Shown here in pieces: positions 42,966 through 52,014 of a stretch of 64,000 nucleotides of DNA. The stretch is from positions 1,444-65,443 of the forward strand of contig JAYEFR010000079.1 in NCBI GenBank assembly GCA_034716155.1, given 5' to 3'. Within the stretch, counting starts at the first letter, position 1; the number at the start of each line of letters is the position of its first letter. A model generated the notes under the pieces. The model did not search any database. It was not told where the DNA came from and was given only the letters and a program-made list of their open reading frames with translations. This DNA is from Thermodesulfobacteriota bacterium. Its GTDB lineage: Bacteria > Desulfobacterota > Desulfomonilia > UBA1062. The position numbers and the translations under genes are program-made.

Positions 42966-44534
42966 ATGGATAATTTTAAGATAAAGGGTTTCATTATCTT
43001 GGCACTAATGGTTGTTGTAGTTATATTTGCGCTGCCTAGTCTTGTTAAGGAATTGCCGGACCAGTGGATAGGCCCTAAGAGCAAAGTTCGTCTAGGTCTG
43101 GATCTTCAAGGGGGCATGCATCTCATCTTAAAAGTTGAAGCGAATAAGGCAGTGGAGAGCAGGCTAAATAGTATAACCTCTGATATGAAGACCCAAATGA
43201 GACATAAAAGAATACATTATGCATCTGTAAACACTACGCTGCCTGACTGTATAGATGTAGCCTTAAGAAGGCCAGAGGATAGAGAACAACTTATCGAGCT
43301 GCTAGAGGGTGATTATCCCTTCTTAAAGGAACTAAAGACAAGCACCCAGAATGGGACATTGCATATTATCCTAAAGATGGACCCTACTGAGGTGGTTCGA
43401 ATAAAGGAAGCAGCAGCCTCTCAAGCCCTTGAGACGATCAGAAACCGCATAGACCAGTTTGGAGTAACCGAGCCCGTTATTATACCCCAGGGTAAAGATA
43501 GGATACTGGTCCAGCTCCCTGGCATAACAGACCCCCAGAGGGCTATAAGCCTCATAGGAAAGACCGCAATCCTTGAGTTTAAGCTCGTTGATGAAGAACA
43601 TTCACTTGGGGAAGCATTAAAGGGAGATATCCCGCCTGGCAGTTATATTGCGTACCAAAAATCCGGTTACAAACCAATCTTGCTGAAAAAGCAGACGCTG
43701 ATGACCGGTGATCTTTTGGAAGACGCACGTGTACGTATAGCATCTACCTACAACGAGCCTTACGTGGCCATTTCATTCAATAGGGAAGGTGGGCGCATAT
43801 TTGCACGGATTACTAGCGAAAACGTGGGCAAAAGGCTGGCCATCTTGTTGGATGGTAAGGTGTATTCCGCACCTGTGATAAAAGAGCCTATTTCAGGGGG
43901 CAAGGCCATAATAGAAGGCAGGTTCAATCTGGATGAGGCAAGCGATCTTGCAATCGTACTCAGGGCAGGGGCGCTGCCTGCCCCTGTGAATATATTAGAG
44001 AATCGTACAGTTGGCCCATCATTAGGCCATGACTCAATACACAAGGGAATAGTTTCTGTAATCGTAGGTGGGATTTTGGTGATACTATTTATGTTCATAT
44101 ACTATAAATGGTCAGGTCTCTTAGCGAATCTTGCCCTGGTATGTAATTTTTTCCTTATAGTTGGGGCTTTGGCCATGTTTCATGCTGTGCTTACCCTGCC
44201 GGGTATTGCAGGTATAGTGCTTACCATCGGTATGGCAGTGGATGCAAATGTGATTGTATATGAACGGATAAGAGAGGAGATACGGTTTGGCAAGACTCCC
44301 AAGGCAGCTATAGAATCAGGATATTCGAACGCACTGTCTACAATACTTGATGCAAACATTACGACCTTGGTAGCCTCCCTTGTCTTGTTCCAGTTTGGTA
44401 CAGGTCCCATACGGGGTTTTGCCGTAACACTGTCTATTGGTATTATAGCATCTCTGTTTACTGTGCTTGTGCTGTGCAAGTGGATATTTGAATGGTTTGT
44501 TACATATAAAAAGATTGAGTATGTCAGTATCTAG
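42966..44534 (+). CDS. secD: Protein translocase subunit SecD
   Basis: LGLDLQGG motif and C-terminal six-TM domain. Confidence 0.9.
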   Translation: MDNFKIKGFIILALMVVVVIFALPSLVKELPDQWIGPKSKVRLGLDLQGGMHLILKVEANKAVESRLNSITSDMKTQMRHKRIHYASVNTTLPDCIDVALRRPEDREQLIELLEGDYPFLKELKTSTQNGTLHIILKMDPTEVVRIKEAAASQALETIRNRIDQFGVTEPVIIPQGKDRILVQLPGITDPQRAISLIGKTAILEFKLVDEEHSLGEALKGDIPPGSYIAYQKSGYKPILLKKQTLMTGDLLEDARVRIASTYNEPYVAISFNREGGRIFARITSENVGKRLAILLDGKVYSAPVIKEPISGGKAIIEGRFNLDEASDLAIVLRAGALPAPVNILENRTVGPSLGHDSIHKGIVSVIVGGILVILFMFIYYKWSGLLANLALVCNFFLIVGALAMFHAVLTLPGIAGIVLTIGMAVDANVIVYERIREEIRFGKTPKAAIESGYSNALSTILDANITTLVASLVLFQFGTGPIRGFAVTLSIGIIASLFTVLVLCKWIFEWFVTYKKIEYVSI

Positions 44535-44543
44535 GAGGTAGAG

Positions 44544-45458
44544 ATGGAGCTGGTAAAATCAGGTACACATATTAATTTTATGAGTGCAAGAAAGATTGCT
44601 TATGCCCTTTCAGGGTTATTTATTATTCTAAGTATAATATCCCTATTCCTTTATAAAGGCCTCAATTATGGCATTGACTTTGCTGGCGGTACGTTGATTC
44701 AGGTAAGGTTCCCCAATGCAATTCGTGCGCAAGATATAAGAAATGCACTAAAGCCAATCGGTCTGGAAGGGGCACTTATTCAGGGTGTAGGTACCCTTAA
44801 AAACAATGAATTTCTTATAAGGACATCCATGAGCGATGAATCAACAAAGGGCTTCTCCGCCAAGTTAGAAAACACCTTACATACTGCCTTTGGAGAGACC
44901 AATGTGGATGTCCGTAGGATTGAGATGGTAGGCTCGACGGTAAGCAAAGACCTGAAGCAGAAGGGAATCCTGTCCCTGTTTTATGCCGGCATAGGGATCT
45001 TGATTTATGTATGGTGGCGATTTGAATTGAGATTTTCCCTGGGTGCTATTGTTGCCCTGATCCATGATGTGATTATCACCGTAGGGATATTTTCCATTAC
45101 AGGCAAAGAAGTAAGTCTGCCTATAATCGCGGCCCTGCTTACCATTGTGGGTTATTCCTTAAACGACACCATAGTGGTCTTTGATCGGATACGGGAAAAC
45201 ATGAAAAAACAGGGGAAAAATGTTGGGATCATAGAGTTATTAAACAGCAGTATAAACCAGACATTGAGCCGTACGCTCCTTACATCACTTACTACATTTT
45301 TAGTGGTATTTTGCCTGTTTATCTTTGGGGGTAGTGTAATACACAACTTTGCATTTGCCATGTTGATTGGTGTGCTTGTTGGTACATATTCTTCAATATT
45401 TGTGGCAAGCCCTGTGGTCTTACTGCTGGCCGGTAATAAAGATAAGAAGCGCGGTTAG
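44544..45458 (+). CDS. secF: Protein translocase subunit SecF
   Basis: GIDFAGGT and a six-TM domain. Confidence 0.9.
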   Translation: MELVKSGTHINFMSARKIAYALSGLFIILSIISLFLYKGLNYGIDFAGGTLIQVRFPNAIRAQDIRNALKPIGLEGALIQGVGTLKNNEFLIRTSMSDESTKGFSAKLENTLHTAFGETNVDVRRIEMVGSTVSKDLKQKGILSLFYAGIGILIYVWWRFELRFSLGAIVALIHDVIITVGIFSITGKEVSLPIIAALLTIVGYSLNDTIVVFDRIRENMKKQGKNVGIIELLNSSINQTLSRTLLTSLTTFLVVFCLFIFGGSVIHNFAFAMLIGVLVGTYSSIFVASPVVLLLAGNKDKKRG

Positions 45459-45463
45459 ATTTG

Positions 45464-45622
45464 TATGAAAATAGTTGTCAGTTGTCCGTAGTCAGTTGTC
45501 AGTGGTATACTGGAGGGTGATCATCCTATTGGGAGATTTTACAACGGACAACGGGCCACGGACTACTGACAAATATAAGTACAGAACTAAAAGACCACTC
45601 CGGGCTAAATATATTTTCATCC
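45464..45622 (+). mobile_element. MITE-like module 2, copy C (159 nt, terminal inverted repeats ATGAAAATA)
   Basis: Begins 6 nt after the secF stop with TATGAAAATAGTTGTCAG and ends CTAAATATATTTTCATCC. Module 3-like tail to 45672. Confidence 0.65.
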
Positions 45623-45672
45623 TTGATTGTGCCTGCCAGGCCGTAAGGACTATTGATCAAAGGCCGTTTATA

Positions 45673-46332
45673 TTAATCCTCTAATTTAAAGGTGAATGTG
45701 ACCTCTTTTTGTGACGCGACGGCCACACCACTTTTTTTTGCTGGGATAAATTTGGCCTTGTCAAGAGCGCGCATGGCAGCACGATCAAGACGAAGATTCC
45801 CGCTTGAGCTTATAACCCCTATCCTTCCATGGGTACCGTCTTTCAAGACTTCAACAGAAAGCATAACTGAACCCTGTTCACCATGCCTCCTCGAATAAAC
45901 AGGATATCTAGGCATTGGCAGATCGGCAATTACAGCAGGAGTATTTACACCCTTTTCCTCAAGTGCACCATCAGTGCTTTCATGCTTATATGCCTGGTCT
46001 ACCTTGCAAACCCTGGTTTCTGACCTGTGATCCTCATGTTTTACTACCTGAGCTTCATTAAGCGGTATATCCTTTTTTTCTTGGACCTTCCTCTGTACTT
46101 GCCTGTCTTTCGTTTCTCTTTGTTTCTCCAGATTAGATACATTCACACTCTTTTCCGACTGGCCCTTAGAACAGACCTGAGCCTCTACCGGATGGAGAAT
46201 ACTAAGCCTTACAACAGATACACCTTTTTTGTATATCACCTTAGCATCATGATATGAAGGGGATACCAAAAACAGCCCTATATGAATGATGAGTGCGATA
46301 CAAAAGGGCAAGATAAAATCAGAAAACCTCAT
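45673..46332 (-). CDS. tonB: Energy transducer TonB
   Basis: N-terminal TM helix, K/E/Q-rich linker, C-terminal TonB domain (YPVYSRRHGEQGSV...). Confidence 0.75.
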   Translation of the reverse strand: MRFSDFILPFCIALIIHIGLFLVSPSYHDAKVIYKKGVSVVRLSILHPVEAQVCSKGQSEKSVNVSNLEKQRETKDRQVQRKVQEKKDIPLNEAQVVKHEDHRSETRVCKVDQAYKHESTDGALEEKGVNTPAVIADLPMPRYPVYSRRHGEQGSVMLSVEVLKDGTHGRIGVISSSGNLRLDRAAMRALDKAKFIPAKKSGVAVASQKEVTFTFKLED

Positions 46333-46739
46333 TTAGTAGCGTCCCTGCATTCGAATGAGATATCCTTGATCCCTGATCTTCTAAGCAGGTCAAGGACAGA
46401 GATGGCAACCCCGAGATCAGCATGAATATCACCGCTGATAGCTACCTGGATATCGTCCTTTCTACCCATACATTCACTAATCCCGTCAAGGAGTGAATTC
46501 AATGTGACTTGTTCTTTATCCAGATAGATCTCATTGTCCTTTGTTATGGTAATGCTTATATGCTCTATCTTATCTATCCGGGCGGCAGACGCCTCAGGAA
46601 GCTCTACCTTAAACCCTTTGTAAACCGTCATAGACAACATGGCATAGATAAAGAATACAAGGAGGAGGAATGCAATATCAATGAGCGGCACCATTTCTAT
46701 CCGGGCTTTCCTGTTCTCATATCCGCTAGTTAATTGCAT
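46329..46739 (-). CDS. exbD: Biopolymer transport protein ExbD/TolR
   Basis: 136 aa with one TM helix. Overlaps its neighbours by 4 and 10 nt. Confidence 0.8.
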   Translation of the reverse strand: MQLTSGYENRKARIEMVPLIDIAFLLLVFFIYAMLSMTVYKGFKVELPEASAARIDKIEHISITITKDNEIYLDKEQVTLNSLLDGISECMGRKDDIQVAISGDIHADLGVAISVLDLLRRSGIKDISFECRDATK

Positions 46740-47344
46740 CTTTTCATCCCCTTTTTATATGCCACCTCAAAACGGGCTGTGATCTTTTCAAGATGTTTGG
46801 CGGCCTTATCTACCTTTGTTATCAGGTAATTAAAGGGAATCAATGTTATGAGGGCCACGCTAAGTCCTGCAGCTGTAGTAATCAATGCCTGGGCAACACC
46901 ACCGACTACAGCCCTTGGCTCTTCTATGCCTGCCAGACCCAGCAGATTAAAAGATTCGATTATCCCTATCACAGTGCCCAGTATACCTAATAGAGGGGCC
47001 ATGGTAATAATAGTATCCAGTACACCCATGCCTCTTTTCATCTCTTCGATTTCATCCTGAGCTGCAATCTGCATATTCTCTAATGGCCCATCATCTTTAT
47101 GAACAAGGGCTGAAGTAAGAACCCTGACAACAACGTCAGATATACCACTCCCAATAGAGGTGGCACCTTCAAAATTGCCCTCTTCTGTGTGGCGTAAGAT
47201 CTCTTCAACAAGCATACTTGTTCTTCTTTTATCTTGCCTCCACCAGAAGATAGCCCTCTCGATAATTACGGTAACCGATACCAGCGAACACACAAGAAGC
47301 GGCCACATTATAGGCCCACCTTTTACAAACAGATCATATACCAT
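46730..47344 (-). CDS. exbB: MotA/TolQ/ExbB proton channel family protein
   Basis: 204 aa with three TM helices. GGGAGGTG ribosome-binding site before the ATG. Confidence 0.8.
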   Translation of the reverse strand: MVYDLFVKGGPIMWPLLVCSLVSVTVIIERAIFWWRQDKRRTSMLVEEILRHTEEGNFEGATSIGSGISDVVVRVLTSALVHKDDGPLENMQIAAQDEIEEMKRGMGVLDTIITMAPLLGILGTVIGIIESFNLLGLAGIEEPRAVVGGVAQALITTAAGLSVALITLIPFNYLITKVDKAAKHLEKITARFEVAYKKGMKRCN

Positions 47345-47453
47345 TGAATCACCTCCCTATATAACCCTACAGAGTGACCTTTATGCCAGAAAGAGCAAAG
47401 ACACCTGGCATAACCTCATGTATTTTCATAAGCCCTTTCTCGCCTTGCCAAAC

Positions 47454-47490
47454 AAAAAAATCCCCGGATCTAAATTAATAGATCCGGGGA
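47454..47490 (-). terminator. Intrinsic terminator, probable expression platform of the cobalamin riboswitch
   Basis: Minus strand UCCCCGGAUC-uauuaauuua-GAUCCGGGGA followed by UUUUUUU. About 110 nt upstream of the exbB start. Confidence 0.65.
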
Positions 47491-47549
47491 TGCCGTTTTT
47501 CATCCTCTATTAGCACTGACCCTGGTCCGCGGAGTCAGAAATTCAATAT

Positions 47550-47712
47550 CTTTATGGGCAGGTCTTCCGGCTTCCGGATCATCCTACTCACCGCGCCTTC
47601 CCACCTTTTCGGGCAGTGGCATTTAAGCGGCCTTCGTCCCCGGTTACAGCGGCGGGCCCGCGACGGACTTGCACCGTCTTCCCCTACGCCCTCACGGACT
47701 ACCCATAACCAA
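47550..47712 (-). promoter_or_regulatory. Cobalamin (B12) riboswitch aptamer
   Basis: The minus-strand RNA ...GGGGAAGACGGUGCAAGUCCGUCGCGGGCCCGCCGCUGUAACCGGGGACGAAGGCC...AAUGCCACUGCCCGAAAAGGUGGGAAGGCGCGG...CCGGAAGACCUGCCC matches the GGGAA-nCGGUG-AA-UCCG...CCCGC-GCUGUAA core, the B12 box GCCACUG/GGGAAGGC, and the 3' CCGGAAGACCUGCC pairing element. Confidence 0.8.
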
Positions 47713-47833
47713 ATCCCAAGGTATAACAAAGAGATATCAGGCGTCAACAATAAATCACCACAATTGTTTCCACAAAAATACAACCACAAAAAATTTTAAT
47801 CCCAAGAGATGAAAAAATTTTGCATATTTATAG

Positions 47834-47861
47834 TGGACAAAGTCAATCTGGTTATTATAAT
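47834..47861 (+). promoter_or_regulatory. Candidate sigma70 promoter for the 47910 gene
   Basis: TGGACA, 16-nt spacer, TATAAT. About 50 nt upstream of an AAGGAGG ribosome-binding site. Confidence 0.4.
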
Positions 47862-47909
47862 ATATACAAGGTAGCATATACCTAATTTAATAAATAAGGA
47901 GGTACTATA

Positions 47910-48641
47910 ATGAAAAGATTGTTTGCGGGGGTTTTATTTTGTGCGGTAATATTTGTTTTTCCTTTGAGCCTATTGGCCCAGGATTATCTGACACAGGCAG
48001 ATAACCTCTATGATCAGGGAGGGATAGAAAACATCCTGAAATCCATCCCACTTTATGTCAAGGCGGTTCAGGCAAGCCCAAATAGCTATGAAGCCAATTG
48101 GAAGTGTGCGAGGGCGTATAGAGAGTATGGCGATAAGGCCAAGACACAAAATATAGAGGGTTGGAAGGAGATCTGCAAAAAATATGGCAAAGAAGGCATA
48201 AATTACGGCGAAAAGGCCATAGAATTGGAGCCAAACAAGGTCGAAGGGAATTTCTGGTACGGATGTTCTGTAGGGGTTTACGCTGATGGGGTCAGCATCC
48301 TTACAGCTTTAAAGGAAGGATTGAAAGGAAAGACTCAAGAGGGCTTTGAGAAGGCATATGAAGCCGACAAGATGTATCAAGATGGCGGCCCCATGATTGC
48401 CCTTGGCCGTTTCTGGGCTGTACTCCCATGGCCCATGAAGAAGAATAAAAAGGCGCTTAAGTATCTTAGCGAAGCATTGAAATCTTTTCCGGATAACCCT
48501 GAAATTCAGGTTTATCTTGCCGAGGTTTTATTAGATACAGGGAAAAAGGATGAGGCAAAGCCCTTACTCGAGAAGGCGGCAAAGAGCGATGACAAGTATT
48601 ACAGCAACCAGGCAAAGGATATGCTGGCCGAGATGAAATAA
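47910..48641 (+). CDS. Secreted helical-repeat (TPR-like) protein of unknown function
   Basis: Signal peptide MKRLFAGVLFCAVIFVFPLSLLAQD. Ala/Lys/Glu-rich helical repeats. Confidence 0.5.
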   Translation: MKRLFAGVLFCAVIFVFPLSLLAQDYLTQADNLYDQGGIENILKSIPLYVKAVQASPNSYEANWKCARAYREYGDKAKTQNIEGWKEICKKYGKEGINYGEKAIELEPNKVEGNFWYGCSVGVYADGVSILTALKEGLKGKTQEGFEKAYEADKMYQDGGPMIALGRFWAVLPWPMKKNKKALKYLSEALKSFPDNPEIQVYLAEVLLDTGKKDEAKPLLEKAAKSDDKYYSNQAKDMLAEMK

Positions 48642-48660
48642 TAGTCTAAAATTCAGACAT

Positions 48661-48700
48661 AAAAAAAAAGGCGCCCCATTTAATGGGGCGCCTTTTTTTA
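48661..48700. terminator. Bidirectional intrinsic terminator
   Basis: A9-GGCGCCCCA-ttta-ATGGGGCGCC-T7. Confidence 0.75.
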
Positions 48701-48754
48701 AGGCTCATCTATTTGAAATCCAGACCAGGAAAATACCGGTATATCAACGATGCA

Positions 48755-49591
48755 ATGCTCCTCATGGTAACCCTTATCTGGGGGGCTACCTTTACCATGG
48801 TCAAGATTGCCCTTGAAGATATCGGCGTATTCGGATTCCTTGCCCTTAGATTTACCATTGCATCCGTTGCTATAACATTATTTATCTTCCCAAAGTTGAA
48901 GGACCTCGATATAAGAACCCTGACCTCGGGTATCATCTTAGGGATACTCCTGTTTGCATCTTACGCGCTCCAAACAATGGGGCTTTTTTACACATCAGTA
49001 TCTAACGTAGGTTTTATCACGGGATTAAATGTGGTGTGGGTCCCTATTCTATCTATGCTTGTATTATACAAAAAACCTTCCGGCTGGGCCCTTTCAGGTG
49101 TTATCTTTGCATGTGCAGGGCTATTTCTATTAGTCACAAAAGGTACGCCAATGCAGCCAAACCTTGGGGATATGTGGACACTGGGCTGTTCCTTTGCTAT
49201 AGCCTTTCATCTATTATTTACCGGTGCATATGCCCCCAAGATGGACCCGGACCTTTTAGCAGGAACCCAGATAATGACAGTAGCGCTATTAAGCTGGTTA
49301 TCATGGCTGATATGGGAAGATACCCCCCTGGTAATATCAACATGCGTCTGGGGTACTGCAATATTTACAGCGCTTTTTGCAACAGTATTTGCATTTGTAT
49401 GCCAGACACGAGTTCAACGCATAATATCTCCTACAAGGACAGCCATAATATTTACCACAGAGCCTGTATTTTGTGCATTATTTGCCTACTGGTATATAGG
49501 AGAATCTATGGGGACCATCGCATTAATAGGGGCCGGACTTATTCTCATCGGGATGTTATGTGCAGAGATCAAACCTAAGGAGTGGAGCTAG
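48755..49591 (+). CDS. EamA/DMT family transporter
   Basis: 10-TM protein. The track start (48683) lies inside the terminator hairpin, so I moved the start to ATG 48755. Confidence 0.7.
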   Translation: MLLMVTLIWGATFTMVKIALEDIGVFGFLALRFTIASVAITLFIFPKLKDLDIRTLTSGIILGILLFASYALQTMGLFYTSVSNVGFITGLNVVWVPILSMLVLYKKPSGWALSGVIFACAGLFLLVTKGTPMQPNLGDMWTLGCSFAIAFHLLFTGAYAPKMDPDLLAGTQIMTVALLSWLSWLIWEDTPLVISTCVWGTAIFTALFATVFAFVCQTRVQRIISPTRTAIIFTTEPVFCALFAYWYIGESMGTIALIGAGLILIGMLCAEIKPKEWS

Positions 49592-49654
49592 TAGTATACT
49601 TAAAAAACAAGTATACCCTTTGCCAAAATTGTCTTTAGATCATTACATATGAGA

Positions 49655-50017
49655 TTAGGCTTTCGTGACTATACGGCTTAGACTTATCATTGGGCCTTTA
49701 TTCAGTTTCTTAATCATTTCTATCAAGGTTTGTATATCTTTGTTTTCCTGGTCTGTAAACTGGATGGCCATGCCCTCTTCAGGAATCACTCTTACTACCT
49801 TTCCCTGAATATCAATAATCTTCCCCAAATCCACTGCATCAAAGCTTATAGTGAAGATGCAATCCTTATCCAGAGGGTGTTCTGTCTCTATAAACACCCC
49901 CCCCTTGCTCAGATTCTTTACCTTACATTTTATAATAGTATCGGATAGATCCTGATAACGGGCTTCTATCTTTACTGGACTCCTTACATGCTTTCTTTTC
50001 TCTTTCACAAACTGCAC
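49655..50017 (-). CDS. PilZ domain c-di-GMP-binding protein
   Basis: RKHVR (RxxxR) and NLSKGG (D/NxSxxG) motifs. Confidence 0.8.
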   Translation of the reverse strand: MQFVKEKRKHVRSPVKIEARYQDLSDTIIKCKVKNLSKGGVFIETEHPLDKDCIFTISFDAVDLGKIIDIQGKVVRVIPEEGMAIQFTDQENKDIQTLIEMIKKLNKGPMISLSRIVTKA

Positions 50018-50383
50018 CTTTCGCTGTGATATACTTATATCTCTTCTCGGCTCTTCATGGCTTTTTCTTTAGAGACTAAAGACTCTACATTGTGTATAAA
50101 ACCACCAAGCTACCTAACACTTTGAAGGGATGATTCGATCTATCCGGAGATGACTATTACCACTCATTAGTTTTATTGGTTCGATTAGTTGAATCCATAA
50201 CCTGTCAGAAGACCACCTACTAATATTTTCCCTTTGACTTTTCTTAAGAAGTAGTTATTGGGTTTCTATATAGTTGGTAGTTGCTTTGTTCCCTATTCTC
50301 AAGAAATATGTGAATTTGTGAGACTCTATCAGTTGGTAATCACCAATGGAGGGAAAACATAACCAGCACAAAGGAGTAAGCCT

Positions 50384-50947
50384 ATGAGAGGAAAAGAAAA
50401 GGATTATTTTATGGCTCTATACAATGTGGCCAGGGTTATCAATGCATCTTTACAGCCTTCAGAGGTTTTAGAAGAGATTGCCCAAAGTGTTGTCAAGGCA
50501 ATGAATGTCAAGGGATGCTCTATCCGTCTTTTGGACTCACGAAAGGAAAAACTCTTTATGGGGGCAATTTGCGGACTATCTGAGGACTATATCCGCAAGG
50601 GTCCGGTTTTGATAAAAGAAAGCGGCATAGATCAAAAGGCCCTTACGGGAGAGACAATCTGGATAAAGGATGCCCAGAAAGACAAAGACTTTCAGTACAG
50701 GGCCAAGGCCAAAGATGAGGGGATAAAATCAGTATTAGTTGTTCCCCTCAAGGTGGGCAAAAAGGTTATCGGTGTATCACGGGTCTACACCTCCAGGGCT
50801 CGTGAATTCAGCGACCAAGAAATCCAGTTCTTAGAAGCTGTTGCTAACTTGAGCGCAATAGCCCTTGATAATGCCCGACTCCACCAGGCATTGCAGACCA
50901 ACTACGACCTGTTGTTAGCTCATAAGTACCGTATAGATGATAACTAA
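50384..50947 (+). CDS. GAF domain protein
   Basis: 187-aa single GAF fold. The stop overlaps the region just before the gapA start. Confidence 0.7.
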   Translation: MRGKEKDYFMALYNVARVINASLQPSEVLEEIAQSVVKAMNVKGCSIRLLDSRKEKLFMGAICGLSEDYIRKGPVLIKESGIDQKALTGETIWIKDAQKDKDFQYRAKAKDEGIKSVLVVPLKVGKKVIGVSRVYTSRAREFSDQEIQFLEAVANLSAIALDNARLHQALQTNYDLLLAHKYRIDDN

Positions 50948-50957
50948 AGGAGGGACT

Positions 50958-51968
50958 ATGATTCGCATCGGCATAAACGGGTTTGGCCGTATAGGACGCC
51001 AAGTACTAAAGGCCATTCTTGAAAGACACCCCCGATCACTAAACGTAGTAGCCATCAACGATCTGTCCGACATAGAGACCAGCGCTCACCTCTTCAAGTA
51101 CGATACCAACTATGGACGCTTTTCTGGAGATATAACAGTCAAGAAAGATGGTTTCCTCATCAATGATCACTTCATAAAAAACTTTGCCTTCAGGGACCCG
51201 GTTTCCATCCCCTGGGATGAGGAGAAGGTGGACATAGTAATTGAGAGTACAGGCATTTTCAGGACTGGTTCCGCAGCAATAGCCCACATTGAGGCAGGGG
51301 CCAAGAAGGTTATCATTACTGCACCAGCAAAGGATGAAGACCTCACTATTGTCATGGGGATCAACCACAAGGCATATAACCCCAAAATACACCATATTGT
51401 ATCTAACGCCTCCTGCACTACCAATTGCCTTGCCCCGCCAGTGCTGGCCATCCACAGGGCTTTTGGCATAGAAAAAGGCATGATGACGACTGTGCATTCC
51501 TATACAACCGATCAGCGGATCTTAGACTTGCCCCATAAGGATCTTCGCAGGGCCAGGGCTGCGGCTATGAATATCATTCCCACCACCACGGGTGCAGCTA
51601 AAGCACTAGCCCTGGTCATCCCGGAACTTGCCGGCCGCCTCGACGGCTATTCATTCAGGGTGCCTACCCCTACTGTATCTGTGGTGGATCTTGTGGCCCA
51701 GCTAGGTAAAAAAACCACAACCGAAGAACTACGAACTGTCTTAAAAAAGGCAGCCCGCACTACATTCAAGGACATCATGGCCTGTGTTGAAGATCCCCTG
51801 GTCTCAATGGATTTCAAAGGCGACCCTCACTCCTCTATTGTGGACATAGAATTTACCCAGGTCCTCCAGGGCAACATGGCCAAGATTGTGGCCTGGTACG
51901 ACAACGAGTGGGGCTACTCCTGCCGTGTGGCAGATCTAGCCCAATATATGGGACAAAAAGGCCTGTAG
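50958..51968 (+). CDS. gap: Type I glyceraldehyde-3-phosphate dehydrogenase
   Basis: INGFGRIGR and [12 protein letters not shown]. Start set at ATG 50958 after AGGAGG; the track start lies 7 codons upstream. Confidence 0.9.
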   Translation: MIRIGINGFGRIGRQVLKAILERHPRSLNVVAINDLSDIETSAHLFKYDTNYGRFSGDITVKKDGFLINDHFIKNFAFRDPVSIPWDEEKVDIVIESTGIFRTGSAAIAHIEAGAKKVIITAPAKDEDLTIVMGINHKAYNPKIHHIVSNASCTTNCLAPPVLAIHRAFGIEKGMMTTVHSYTTDQRILDLPHKDLRRARAAAMNIIPTTTGAAKALALVIPELAGRLDGYSFRVPTPTVSVVDLVAQLGKKTTTEELRTVLKKAARTTFKDIMACVEDPLVSMDFKGDPHSSIVDIEFTQVLQGNMAKIVAWYDNEWGYSCRVADLAQYMGQKGL

Positions 51969-52014
51969 ATATAAGGACTGGTCTCCCAAACATACTCCTT
52001 TAATCCTCGGGCGG

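Noticed and set aside
47521-47760. GC-rich structured minus-strand region initially considered as 6S RNA, SRP RNA, tmRNA or RNase P RNA.
   Set aside because: It lacks GGAAAGUCCGGGC (RNase P), the SRP domain IV motif and tRNA-like tmRNA ends. It matches the cobalamin riboswitch consensus and is annotated as such.
48683-48754. N-terminal 24 codons of the track ORF for the EamA transporter.
   Set aside because: They overlap the strong bidirectional terminator hairpin and the next in-frame ATG (48755) precedes the first TM helix, so I kept the shorter gene.
49593-49617. Hairpin GTATACTT-aaaaaaca-AGTATAC after the EamA gene as an intrinsic terminator.
   Set aside because: No adjoining U-tract on either strand, so at best a weak or Rho-dependent signal.
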